A program made the translations under genes and the position numbers. Under the pieces are notes generated by a model. It was not told the DNA's origin. It made no database searches and saw nothing but the letters and a program-made list of their open reading frames with translations. Shown in pieces: positions 53,602 to 64,000 of a stretch of 64,000 nucleotides of DNA. Where the stretch lies: the NCBI RefSeq assembly GCF_013315695.1, contig NZ_CP054353.1. One strand, written 5' to 3'. This DNA is from Escherichia coli (GTDB lineage: Bacteria; Pseudomonadota; Gammaproteobacteria; Enterobacterales; Enterobacteriaceae). Each line of letters opens with the position of its first letter. Within the stretch, counting starts at the first letter, position 1.

Positions 53602-54903
53602 ATGAAAAAACTGTTTATCCAGTTTTACCTGTTATTGTTTGTCTGCTTCCTTGTGATGTCTCTGCTGGTCGGGCTGGTGTACAAATTTACCGCCGAACGC
53701 GCGGGCAAACAGTCGCTGGATGATTTGATGAACAGTTCGCTGTATCTGATGCGTAGCGAATTGCGTGAGATCCCCCCACACGACTGGGGTAAGACGCTGA
53801 AAGAGATGGATTTAAATCTCTCTTTCGATCTGCGTGTCGAGCCACTGAGTAAATACCATCTGGATGATATTTCCATGCACCGGCTGCGTGGCGGCGAAAT
53901 TGTCGCTCTGGACGATCAGTACACCTTTTTGCAACGTATCCCGCGCAGCCACTACGTGCTGGCAGTTGGTCCTGTTCCTTATCTTTATTACCTCCATCAG
54001 ATGCGATTACTGGATATCGCCCTGATCGCTTTTATTGCCATTTCCCTCGCCTTTCCGGTGTTTATCTGGATGCGTCCGCACTGGCAGGATATGTTAAAAC
54101 TGGAAGCAGCGGCGCAACGATTTGGCGATGGGCATCTCAATGAACGTATCCACTTTGATGAGGGTTCGAGCTTTGAACGCCTTGGCGTCGCATTTAACCA
54201 GATGGCGGACAATATCAACGCCTTGATTGCCAGCAAAAAACAGCTTATTGACGGTATCGCTCACGAACTGCGAACACCGTTAGTGCGCCTGCGTTATCGA
54301 CTGGAGATGAGCGATAACCTGAGCGCCGCCGAATCCCAGGCGTTGAATCGCGATATCAGTCAACTTGAAGCTTTAATTGAAGAGCTGCTGACTTATGCCC
54401 GACTCGATCGCCCACAAAATGAGCTTCATCTTAGCGAGCCAGACCTGCCGTTGTGGCTGTCAACGCATCTGGCAGATATTCAGGCAGTAACGCCCGATAA
54501 AACGGTACGGATAAAAACGCTCATGCAAGACCATTATGCGGCGTTGGATATGCGCTTAATGGAGCGCGTGCTGGATAATTTGCTCAATAACGCCCTGCGC
54601 TACTGTCACTCAACGGTTGAAACCAGCCTGCTACTGTCGGGGAATAGAGCGACATTAATTGTTGAGGATGATGGCCCAGGGATTGCCCCTGAAAACCGCG
54701 AACATATCTTTGAACCTTTTGTTCGACTCGATCCCAGCCGGGATCGCTCAACCGGCGGCTGCGGGCTGGGGTTGGCAATTGTCCACTCTATAGCACTGGC
54801 AATGGGCGGTACGGTTAATTGTGACACCAGCGAACTGGGTGGTGCCCGCTTCTCGTTTAGCTGGCCGTTATGGCATAACATCCCGCAATTTACCTCTGCT
54901 TGA
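53602..54903 (+). CDS. rstB: Sensor histidine kinase RstB
   Basis: 433-aa ORF with two N-terminal TM segments, H-box AHELRTPL, G-box GLGLAIV. Confidence 0.9.
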   Translation: MKKLFIQFYLLLFVCFLVMSLLVGLVYKFTAERAGKQSLDDLMNSSLYLMRSELREIPPHDWGKTLKEMDLNLSFDLRVEPLSKYHLDDISMHRLRGGEIVALDDQYTFLQRIPRSHYVLAVGPVPYLYYLHQMRLLDIALIAFIAISLAFPVFIWMRPHWQDMLKLEAAAQRFGDGHLNERIHFDEGSSFERLGVAFNQMADNINALIASKKQLIDGIAHELRTPLVRLRYRLEMSDNLSAAESQALNRDISQLEALIEELLTYARLDRPQNELHLSEPDLPLWLSTHLADIQAVTPDKTVRIKTLMQDHYAALDMRLMERVLDNLLNNALRYCHSTVETSLLLSGNRATLIVEDDGPGIAPENREHIFEPFVRLDPSRDRSTGGCGLGLAIVHSIALAMGGTVNCDTSELGGARFSFSWPLWHNIPQFTSA

Positions 54904-54945
54904 CATTACGCGCACGGTGGTCAAGTCACCACCACTGTGCTATAA

Positions 54946-57308
<2,363 letters not shown>

Positions 57309-57444
57309 GGCCTGCTCCTCACCTGATTAATTTTTTCTTTCTGTTTTGCTTTCGTTAAGCAACTTTTAGCTCACTTATTATTTACTATTTGATAACAAAT
57401 GTTTGGTCTTTCGTGCCATGTAAAAAAACCGCCCCGAAGGGCGG

Positions 57445-58870
57445 TAATGCCAGTCAGTTAAGCAACTGACTGGCTCTTTTTCGGGGCTGTGGGGTATTTC
57501 CAGGGCCTCTCCTTTACCACTCTCGGGAAGGCCCTTTCCCTTCTTGTCGGTAATTTCACAAGTTGTCCCATACTTGCAAGATCGCGCATCAGCTCCGGTA
57601 TACGTCCCGGTGAAGCGCCCTGCAATGTCATCAGCATTCTCATCACCATTCCGCATGATTCTGAGAAACTCAGTTGATTCGGCCAGTAACCTTTCAGATG
57701 TTCCGCCATTTTAATCATCTGATATCTCACCAGATTATAAGCCAGTAAGACACCCCACAGCTCTTGCTCCACAAGCTCCGGTTTTTTACTTCTCAGCGTC
57801 AGCCTGCTCAGTTGCATCGTCTGTTTTATCTCCCTGTATCCCAGTTCGATTTCCCAGCGATGACTGTACAGATCCGCCATTTCTCCTCCGGGGAAGCGCA
57901 TGGCGTCCGTCATCGACGTCAGCAGATGGCAGACTTTTCCTTTGCGCGTCACGGTCAGCAGGCGGGCTGTCACTTCATTTCCCAGTCCCGGCCACTTTTT
58001 TCGTGCCTGCGGGCTGGTTTTCAGCTTCACCAGATGATCGCCTTTACCCAGTTTTCTGATCTCTTCATATTGCGCTCCCTTTCTGAGAGGTATCATCCAG
58101 TGGCGGTGTTCTCCCGCCAGGCTCCAGGCATTTAACAGTCCCAGTGAGTAATAACCTTTATCCATTAACGTCAGAGTGTTATCGCCGGTTTGTTCTATAA
58201 GTTGCTCAGCAAGCTCATTTTCGCTGTTCTTCATCGTGCCGAAGGCTGCAGCCGTCAGCAGATGGCTGGTCAGTTCCATCTGGCAGACCATTTTGACCTG
58301 CGGGTAGAGCGCCGGGTTCCCGGCATGTGTCTGGCGGGGGAAGGCTGCATCGTTCTCTGGTGTATCCGGTGTGCGCCAGAACACACCATCGATGGCCAGC
58401 AGGGTCAGGCCGCACCAGTGCGGATGCGGCGTGGCGTTATGCCAGAGCTGCGCTGTTTTCGTGAACACGCGGCGGACAGCCTCACTTCCCAGGCGCTGGC
58501 GGGCCTGAATAACGGCACTGGGGGCAACGAAGGGGCGATTGCCCGGCAGCATGATGTCCAGGCGATTCACAATCTGGTGAAGAGGTTCTTTACGCTCAAG
58601 CGCCATGCCAACAATACACCAGACCATCATTTCGAGGGGAAGACGGCGCTTGCGTAGCGTTACAGTACCTGATTCGGCAAGGCAACGAGAGATGAGTTCG
58701 GGGTCGAGGTAATCCCCCAGAGAAGTCAGTGGGTTACGCAGAGAATCGTAACGGGATACCAGATCAAGAGCCTGTCCAATGTGCATAAAAAAATCCGGAA
58801 ACAAGTGAGCGTTTCCGGATTCTTACACAGCCACTGGATCGGTCAACTGATCCTTAACTGATCGGCATTA
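57445..58870 (-). mobile_element. IS4 (1426 bp) with intact terminal inverted repeats and no flanking direct repeat
   Basis: Ends TAATGCCAGTCAGTTAAG at 57445 and CCTTAACTGATCGGCATTA at 58852-58870; 442-aa IS4 transposase inside; flanking 12-mers differ. Confidence 0.9.
57458..58786 (-). CDS. insG: IS4 transposase (InsG)
   Basis: ORF 57458..58804 with start [31 protein letters not shown]... Confidence 0.9.
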   Translation of the reverse strand: MHIGQALDLVSRYDSLRNPLTSLGDYLDPELISRCLAESGTVTLRKRRLPLEMMVWCIVGMALERKEPLHQIVNRLDIMLPGNRPFVAPSAVIQARQRLGSEAVRRVFTKTAQLWHNATPHPHWCGLTLLAIDGVFWRTPDTPENDAAFPRQTHAGNPALYPQVKMVCQMELTSHLLTAAAFGTMKNSENELAEQLIEQTGDNTLTLMDKGYYSLGLLNAWSLAGEHRHWMIPLRKGAQYEEIRKLGKGDHLVKLKTSPQARKKWPGLGNEVTARLLTVTRKGKVCHLLTSMTDAMRFPGGEMADLYSHRWEIELGYREIKQTMQLSRLTLRSKKPELVEQELWGVLLAYNLVRYQMIKMAEHLKGYWPNQLSFSESCGMVMRMLMTLQGASPGRIPELMRDLASMGQLVKLPTRRERAFPRVVKERPWKYPTAPKKSQSVA

Positions 58871-59335
58871 CTCCCTGGGGACAGTAAATAAAAGCAAAGT
58901 ACCTCTGGGTTTAAGCGCAACCTATGGACAAACAGGAAACAAGGTTGCAGCCGGAACCGTCCAGTCAGTCATTGGTGTCACTTTTATCTATGAATAATTG
59001 TGATTTTGACCTTAGTCTATGCGCTCCATTCGCGAAAATTGCGCGGATAATTATTTTGTGAAGGCTATTATCCTACACCTGTAAGAAAATCCGCGCACAA
59101 TTAACGCCAGAGTCTTATTTTTTATATTGAAAAACATGTTAATTTAAACACTATGAGAGATGATGCTTAACTTATCGTATTTATACCATTCTATTATTTA
59201 ACGATAATAGATTAAAAATAGAAAGAGAGTAGTCCCCTACTCTTATATATCCATATTGACGATAATCCCTTTGTATATACTGTGCATCATCGCTATTTCA
59301 AATCCTAATAATTCATTTCCACACAGGATAAGTAG

Positions 59336-61615
59336 ATGAAGAAAAAAATTGAATCCTACCAGGGGGCTGCCGGAGGTTGGGGTGCTGTTAAATCCGTAGC
59401 GAATGCAGTACGTAAGCAGATGGATATACGCCAGGATGTTATTGCCATGTTTGACATGAATAAGCCAGAGGGCTTTGACTGTCCGGGTTGTGCATGGCCA
59501 GATCCTAAGCACAGTGCGTCATTCGACATTTGTGAAAACGGCGCAAAAGCAATCGCCTGGGAAGTCACGGATAAGCAGGTAAACGCCTCTTTCTTTGCTG
59601 AGAATACGGTTCAATCATTACTTACCTGGGGAGACCACGAGCTTGAGGCTGCGGGGCGTCTCACCCAGCCTTTGAAATATGATGCCGTCAGCGACTGTTA
59701 CAAGCCATTAAGCTGGCAACAAGCTTTCGACGAAATTGGCGAACGCCTTCAAAGCTATAGTGATCCCAATCAGGTTGAATTCTATACTTCAGGCCGCACT
59801 TCCAATGAAGCTGCCTTTCTTTATCAGCTTTTTGCCCGTGAATACGGGAGCAATAACTTCCCCGACTGCTCCAACATGTGCCATGAACCGACCAGTGTGG
59901 GTTTGGCAGCGAGTATCGGTGTAGGTAAAGGGACCGTGTTGCTGGAAGACTTTGAGAAATGCGATTTAGTCATTTGCATTGGGCATAACCCTGGTACAAA
60001 CCACCCTCGCATGTTGACTTCGTTGCGCGCTTTAGTGAAACGGGGAGCGAAAATGATCGCCATCAATCCTCTACAGGAACGTGGCCTGGAGCGATTTACC
60101 GCACCGCAAAACCCGTTTGAAATGCTGACGAACTCTGAGACTCAGTTGGCCAGTGCCTACTACAACGTGCGCATTGGTGGTGATATGGCGTTGCTCAAGG
60201 GGATGATGCGCCTGTTAATTGAGCGCGATGATGCTGCAAGCGCCGCAGGTCGGCCCTCATTGCTGGATGACGAATTTATTCAAACGCATACCGTCGGCTT
60301 TGACGAGCTACGCCGTGATGTTCTCAATTCCGAGTGGAAAGATATCGAGCGTATTTCTGGACTAAGTCAGACTCAAATCGCCGAACTGGCTGATGCATAT
60401 GCCGCTGCCGAACGCACCATTATCTGTTACGGGATGGGGATCACTCAGCACGAACATGGTACCCAGAATGTACAGCAACTGGTCAATCTGCTGTTGATGA
60501 AAGGTAACATTGGCAAGCCTGGTGCGGGTATCTGCCCACTACGAGGTCACTCTAATGTACAGGGCGACCGAACCGTCGGTATCACCGAGAAACCGTCTGC
60601 AGAGTTTCTGGATCGCCTGGGTGAGCGCTATGGCTTCACCCCACCTCATTCACCTGGACATGCTGCAATCGCCAGCATGCAAGCTATATGTACGGGGCAA
60701 GCTCGAGCATTGATCTGCATGGGGGGCAACTTTGCGCTGGCAATGCCAGATCGGGAAGCGAGCGCTGTACCGTTAACGCAATTAGATCTGGCGGTACACG
60801 TAGCCACTAAGCTTAACCGCTCTCATCTGCTGACCGCACGGCATAGCTATATTCTGCCGGTTCTGGGACGTAGCGAGATTGACATGCAAAAAAGCGGTGC
60901 GCAGGCGGTAACCGTTGAGGATTCAATGTCGATGATTCATGCCTCGCGTGGCGTGTTAAAACCCGCCGGTGTAATGCTGAAATCAGAGTGTGCAGTGGTC
61001 GCAGGTATCGCGCAGGCGGCACTACCCCAGAGCGTGGTAGCCTGGGAGTATCTGGTGGAAGATTATGATCGCATTCGCAATGACATTGAAGCTGTGCTGC
61101 CAGAGTTCGCCGACTATAACCAGCGCATCCGACATCCTGGAGGTTTTCACCTGATAAACGCAGCTGCTGAAAGGCGCTGGAGGACGTCGTCAGGTAAGGC
61201 TAATTTCATTACCAGTAAAGGGCTGTTAGAAGATCCCTCTTCAGCGTTTAACAGTAAGCTAGTCATGGCGACAGTACGCAGTCACGATCAGTACAACACG
61301 ACGATTTATGGTATGGATGATCGCTATCGAGGGGTATTCGGTCAACGAGATGTGGTCTTTATGAGTGCTAAACAAGCTAAAATTTGCCGTGTAAAAAACG
61401 GCGAAAGAGTTAATCTTATTGCGCTTACGCCAGACGGTAAGCGAAGCTCACGCCGCATGGATAGATTAAAAGTGGTCATTTACCCTATGGCTGACCGCTC
61501 ACTGGTGACCTATTTTCCAGAATCGAATCACATGCTAACACTTGATAACCACGATCCATTAAGTGGCATTCCTGGCTATAAAAGTATTCCGGTTGAATTA
61601 GAACCATCAAATTAA
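59336..61615 (+). CDS. ydeP: Molybdopterin-dependent oxidoreductase YdeP (acid-resistance, formate dehydrogenase-like)
   Basis: 759-aa [28 protein letters not shown]... Confidence 0.9.
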   Translation: MKKKIESYQGAAGGWGAVKSVANAVRKQMDIRQDVIAMFDMNKPEGFDCPGCAWPDPKHSASFDICENGAKAIAWEVTDKQVNASFFAENTVQSLLTWGDHELEAAGRLTQPLKYDAVSDCYKPLSWQQAFDEIGERLQSYSDPNQVEFYTSGRTSNEAAFLYQLFAREYGSNNFPDCSNMCHEPTSVGLAASIGVGKGTVLLEDFEKCDLVICIGHNPGTNHPRMLTSLRALVKRGAKMIAINPLQERGLERFTAPQNPFEMLTNSETQLASAYYNVRIGGDMALLKGMMRLLIERDDAASAAGRPSLLDDEFIQTHTVGFDELRRDVLNSEWKDIERISGLSQTQIAELADAYAAAERTIICYGMGITQHEHGTQNVQQLVNLLLMKGNIGKPGAGICPLRGHSNVQGDRTVGITEKPSAEFLDRLGERYGFTPPHSPGHAAIASMQAICTGQARALICMGGNFALAMPDREASAVPLTQLDLAVHVATKLNRSHLLTARHSYILPVLGRSEIDMQKSGAQAVTVEDSMSMIHASRGVLKPAGVMLKSECAVVAGIAQAALPQSVVAWEYLVEDYDRIRNDIEAVLPEFADYNQRIRHPGGFHLINAAAERRWRTSSGKANFITSKGLLEDPSSAFNSKLVMATVRSHDQYNTTIYGMDDRYRGVFGQRDVVFMSAKQAKICRVKNGERVNLIALTPDGKRSSRRMDRLKVVIYPMADRSLVTYFPESNHMLTLDNHDPLSGIPGYKSIPVELEPSN

Positions 61616-61862
61616 TGCCTCTTCTCATTTCTTCTGCTGTCATCCGCACAGCAGAAGAATTCCTCATTGACTATTATCGCGCAATTTGCTCACATGGATT
61701 AAATTAAACTACATACTATAAGATATAAACTTCTGCCTACAGATGTAAGAAACTCCGCTCAGTACTGAAGCGCCAGTCCTATTTCCTCTATTCTCCAGCC
61801 TGTTATATTAAGCATACTGATTAACGATGCTTAACGTCATTCGTTTAATAAACACATTTGAA

Positions 61863-62060
61863 ATGCATGCGACCATAGTGAAAAATAAAATCACGCAAAG
61901 AGACAACTATAAAGGGATCATGTCTGTAATTGTGGTTGTCTTATTACTGACCCTTACATTGATAGCCATTTTTTCGGCAATTGATCAGCTGGGTATTTCA
62001 GAAATGGGTCGCATTGCAAGGGATCTTACACATTTCATTATCAATAGTTTGCAAGACTGA
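61863..62060 (+). CDS. safA: SafA small membrane connector protein
   Basis: Internal start MHATIVKNKITQRDNYKGIMSVIVVVLLLTLTLIAIFSAIDQLGISEMGRIARDL... in ORF 61827..62060. Confidence 0.7.
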   Translation: MHATIVKNKITQRDNYKGIMSVIVVVLLLTLTLIAIFSAIDQLGISEMGRIARDLTHFIINSLQD

Positions 62061-62134
62061 AAATAAACAGCAAATTATAAATATGAAATGTTAAAAAAGT
62101 ATCGATAAAAACTTTATTGTTTTAAGGAGATAAA

Positions 62135-62896
62135 ATGTCGCTCGTTTGTTCTGTTATATTTATTCATCATGCCTTCAACGCTAACATTTTAGATAAAGAT
62201 TACGCCTTCTCTGACGGCGAGATCCTGATGGTAGATAACGCTGTTCGTACGCATTTTGAACCTTATGAGCGGCATTTCAAAGAAATCGGATTTAATGAAA
62301 ACACCATTAAAAAATATCTACAATGCACTAACATCCAGACAGTGACGGTGCCTGTTCCTGCGAAGTTTTTACGTGCTTCAAATGTACCGACGGGATTGCT
62401 TAATGAAATGATTGCTTATCTCAACTCGGAAGAACGCAATCATCATAACTTTTCAGAACTTTTGCTTTTTTCTTGCCTGTCTATTTTTGCCACATGCAAA
62501 GGTTTCATTACACTATTAACTAACGGTGTGCTATCCGTTTCCGGGAAAGTGAGAAATATTGTCAACATGAAGCTGGCGCACCCATGGAAGCTGAAAGATA
62601 TTTGTGACTGCCTGTACATCAGTGAAAGCCTGTTGAAGAAAAAACTTAAGCAAGAGCAAACGACATTCTCACAGATTCTTTTAGATGCCAGAATGCAGCA
62701 CGCAAAAAATTTGATACGCGTAGAAGGTTCAGTCAATAAAATTGCCGAACAATGTGGTTATGCCAGCACATCTTATTTTATTTATGCGTTCCGCAAACAT
62801 TTCGGCAACAGTCCGAAGAGAGTTTCTAAGGAGTACCGTTGTCAAAGGCACACCGGTATGAACACGGACAACACGATGAGTGCTTTAGCTATTTGA
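62135..62896 (+). CDS. ydeO: AraC-family acid-resistance regulator YdeO
   Basis: 253-aa ORF with C-terminal AraC HTH (ISESLLKKKLKQEQTTFSQ...YFIYAFRKHFGNSP). Confidence 0.85.
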   Translation: MSLVCSVIFIHHAFNANILDKDYAFSDGEILMVDNAVRTHFEPYERHFKEIGFNENTIKKYLQCTNIQTVTVPVPAKFLRASNVPTGLLNEMIAYLNSEERNHHNFSELLLFSCLSIFATCKGFITLLTNGVLSVSGKVRNIVNMKLAHPWKLKDICDCLYISESLLKKKLKQEQTTFSQILLDARMQHAKNLIRVEGSVNKIAEQCGYASTSYFIYAFRKHFGNSPKRVSKEYRCQRHTGMNTDNTMSALAI

Positions 62897-63298
62897 TTAT
62901 TTGCTAACGAGTAGTCAACCACGCACGCTACGTAAAAATTAAAATGGGGCAGCCATTCCCTGCCCCGCGTTGTTTTTAGGCAATATATTTATTGAAATAA
63001 ATAAGTGACATCCATCACATATTTATGCACTTGCATAACCTGTTGCATAATTATTTATGATCTCAATTAGGTATTTTGTCAGTAAAATACAATAATTTAT
63101 TAAATATCAATAGATTAGTTGTTTATCGGCGAGAAATTACTTAGTAGAACAGAAAGTAATGTCAACGCTTTATGGACTGTTATTTCCCTTTTTTTAGCTA
63201 AATCTGCTATCTCTTTATGTGACTCACTTCACTTACATCCACTTATTTCTCTTCGTAAAATTACTTTGGAATTAAGTACAATAAGAAGAGGAACATTT

Positions 63299-64000
63299 AT
63301 GAAGTCTGCATTAAAGAAAAGTGTCGTAAGTACCTCGATATCTTTGATACTGGCATCTGGTATGGCTGCATTTGCTGCTCATGCGGCAGATGATGTAAAG
63401 CTGAAAGCAACCAAAACAAACGTTGCTTTCTCAGACTTTACGCCGACTGAATACAGTACCAAAGGAAAGCCAAATATTATCGTACTGACCATGGATGATC
63501 TTGGTTATGGACAACTTCCTTTTGATAAGGGATCTTTTGACCCAAAAACAATGGAAAATCGTGAAGTTGTCGATACCTACAAAATAGGGATAGATAAAGC
63601 CATTGAAGCTGCGCAAAAATCAACGCCGACGCTCCTTTCATTAATGGATGAAGGCGTACGTTTTACTAACGGCTATGTGGCGCACGGTGTTTCCGGCCCC
63701 TCCCGCGCCGCAATAATGACCGGTCGAGCGCCCGCCCGCTTTGGTGTCTATTCCAATACCGATGCTCAGGATGGTATTCCGCTAACAGAAACTTTCTTGC
63801 CTGAATTATTCCAGAATCATGGTTATTACACTGCAGCAGTAGGTAAATGGCACTTGTCAAAAATCAGTAATGTGCCGGTACCGGAAGATAAACAAACGCG
63901 TGACTATCATGACAACTTCACCACATTTTCTGCGGAAGAATGGCAACCTCAAAACCGTGGCTTTGATTACTTTATGGGATTCCACGCTGCAGGAACGGCA
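63299..64000 (+). CDS. ydeN: Sulfatase family protein YdeN (5-prime part; continues beyond window end)
   Basis: Manual translation from ATG at 63299: MKSALKKSVVSTSISLILASGMAAFAAHAADD... with sulfatase motif region ...HGVSGPSRAAIMTGR...; open to the window edge. Confidence 0.8.
   Translation, partial: MKSALKKSVVSTSISLILASGMAAFAAHAADDVKLKATKTNVAFSDFTPTEYSTKGKPNIIVLTMDDLGYGQLPFDKGSFDPKTMENREVVDTYKIGIDKAIEAAQKSTPTLLSLMDEGVRFTNGYVAHGVSGPSRAAIMTGRAPARFGVYSNTDAQDGIPLTETFLPELFQNHGYYTAAVGKWHLSKISNVPVPEDKQTRDYHDNFTTFSAEEWQPQNRGFDYFMGFHAAGTA

Noticed and set aside
61629-61659. Hairpin after ydeP (ttcttctgctgt-catccgca-cagcagaag) as an intrinsic terminator
   Set aside because: Good stem but no following T-run; listed only as a possible structure, not annotated as a terminator.

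Overview
This window reads as Escherichia coli chromosomal DNA from the replication-terminus region, and I found no clearly novel biological system in it. All identifications are from reading the supplied ORF translations and the nucleotide sequence against remembered protein families and gene order; nothing was searched or computed. Positions ~1-23,700 are the right-hand two thirds of a Qin-like cryptic lambdoid prophage: cold-shock paralogs cspI/cspB/cspF, a pinholin/SAR-endolysin/spanin lysis cassette, a Q-like antiterminator, the relBE-hokD toxin-antitoxin operon, flxA, a replication module with an iteron origin, dicC/dicA, the dicB operon with the DicF sRNA, an IS2 copy, and xis/int. From ~23,800 to ~57,300 the sequence is core genome in the K-12 order as I recall it (rspBA, ynfA-ynfM, asr, mdtJI, tqsA, pntAB, ydgH, ydgI, folM, rstAB, TerB, tus, fumC). 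An IS4 copy without target-site duplication then joins fumC to an inverted ydeP-safA-ydeO-ydeN acid-resistance block, so fumA is absent where expected. The points most worth checking are this IS4 rearrangement junction, an apparent in-frame ~68-codon deletion in rspA, a single-base homopolymer frameshift that scrambles the Rz/Rz1 spanin frames, a 14-bp terminal truncation of IS2, a second IS-like element with a 437-aa DDE transposase, a regularly spaced iteron array, and a 340-bp ORF-free GC-rich segment upstream of dicF. Several of these differ from my recollection of K-12 MG1655, so the source is probably a K-12-like strain or an assembly with indel errors.
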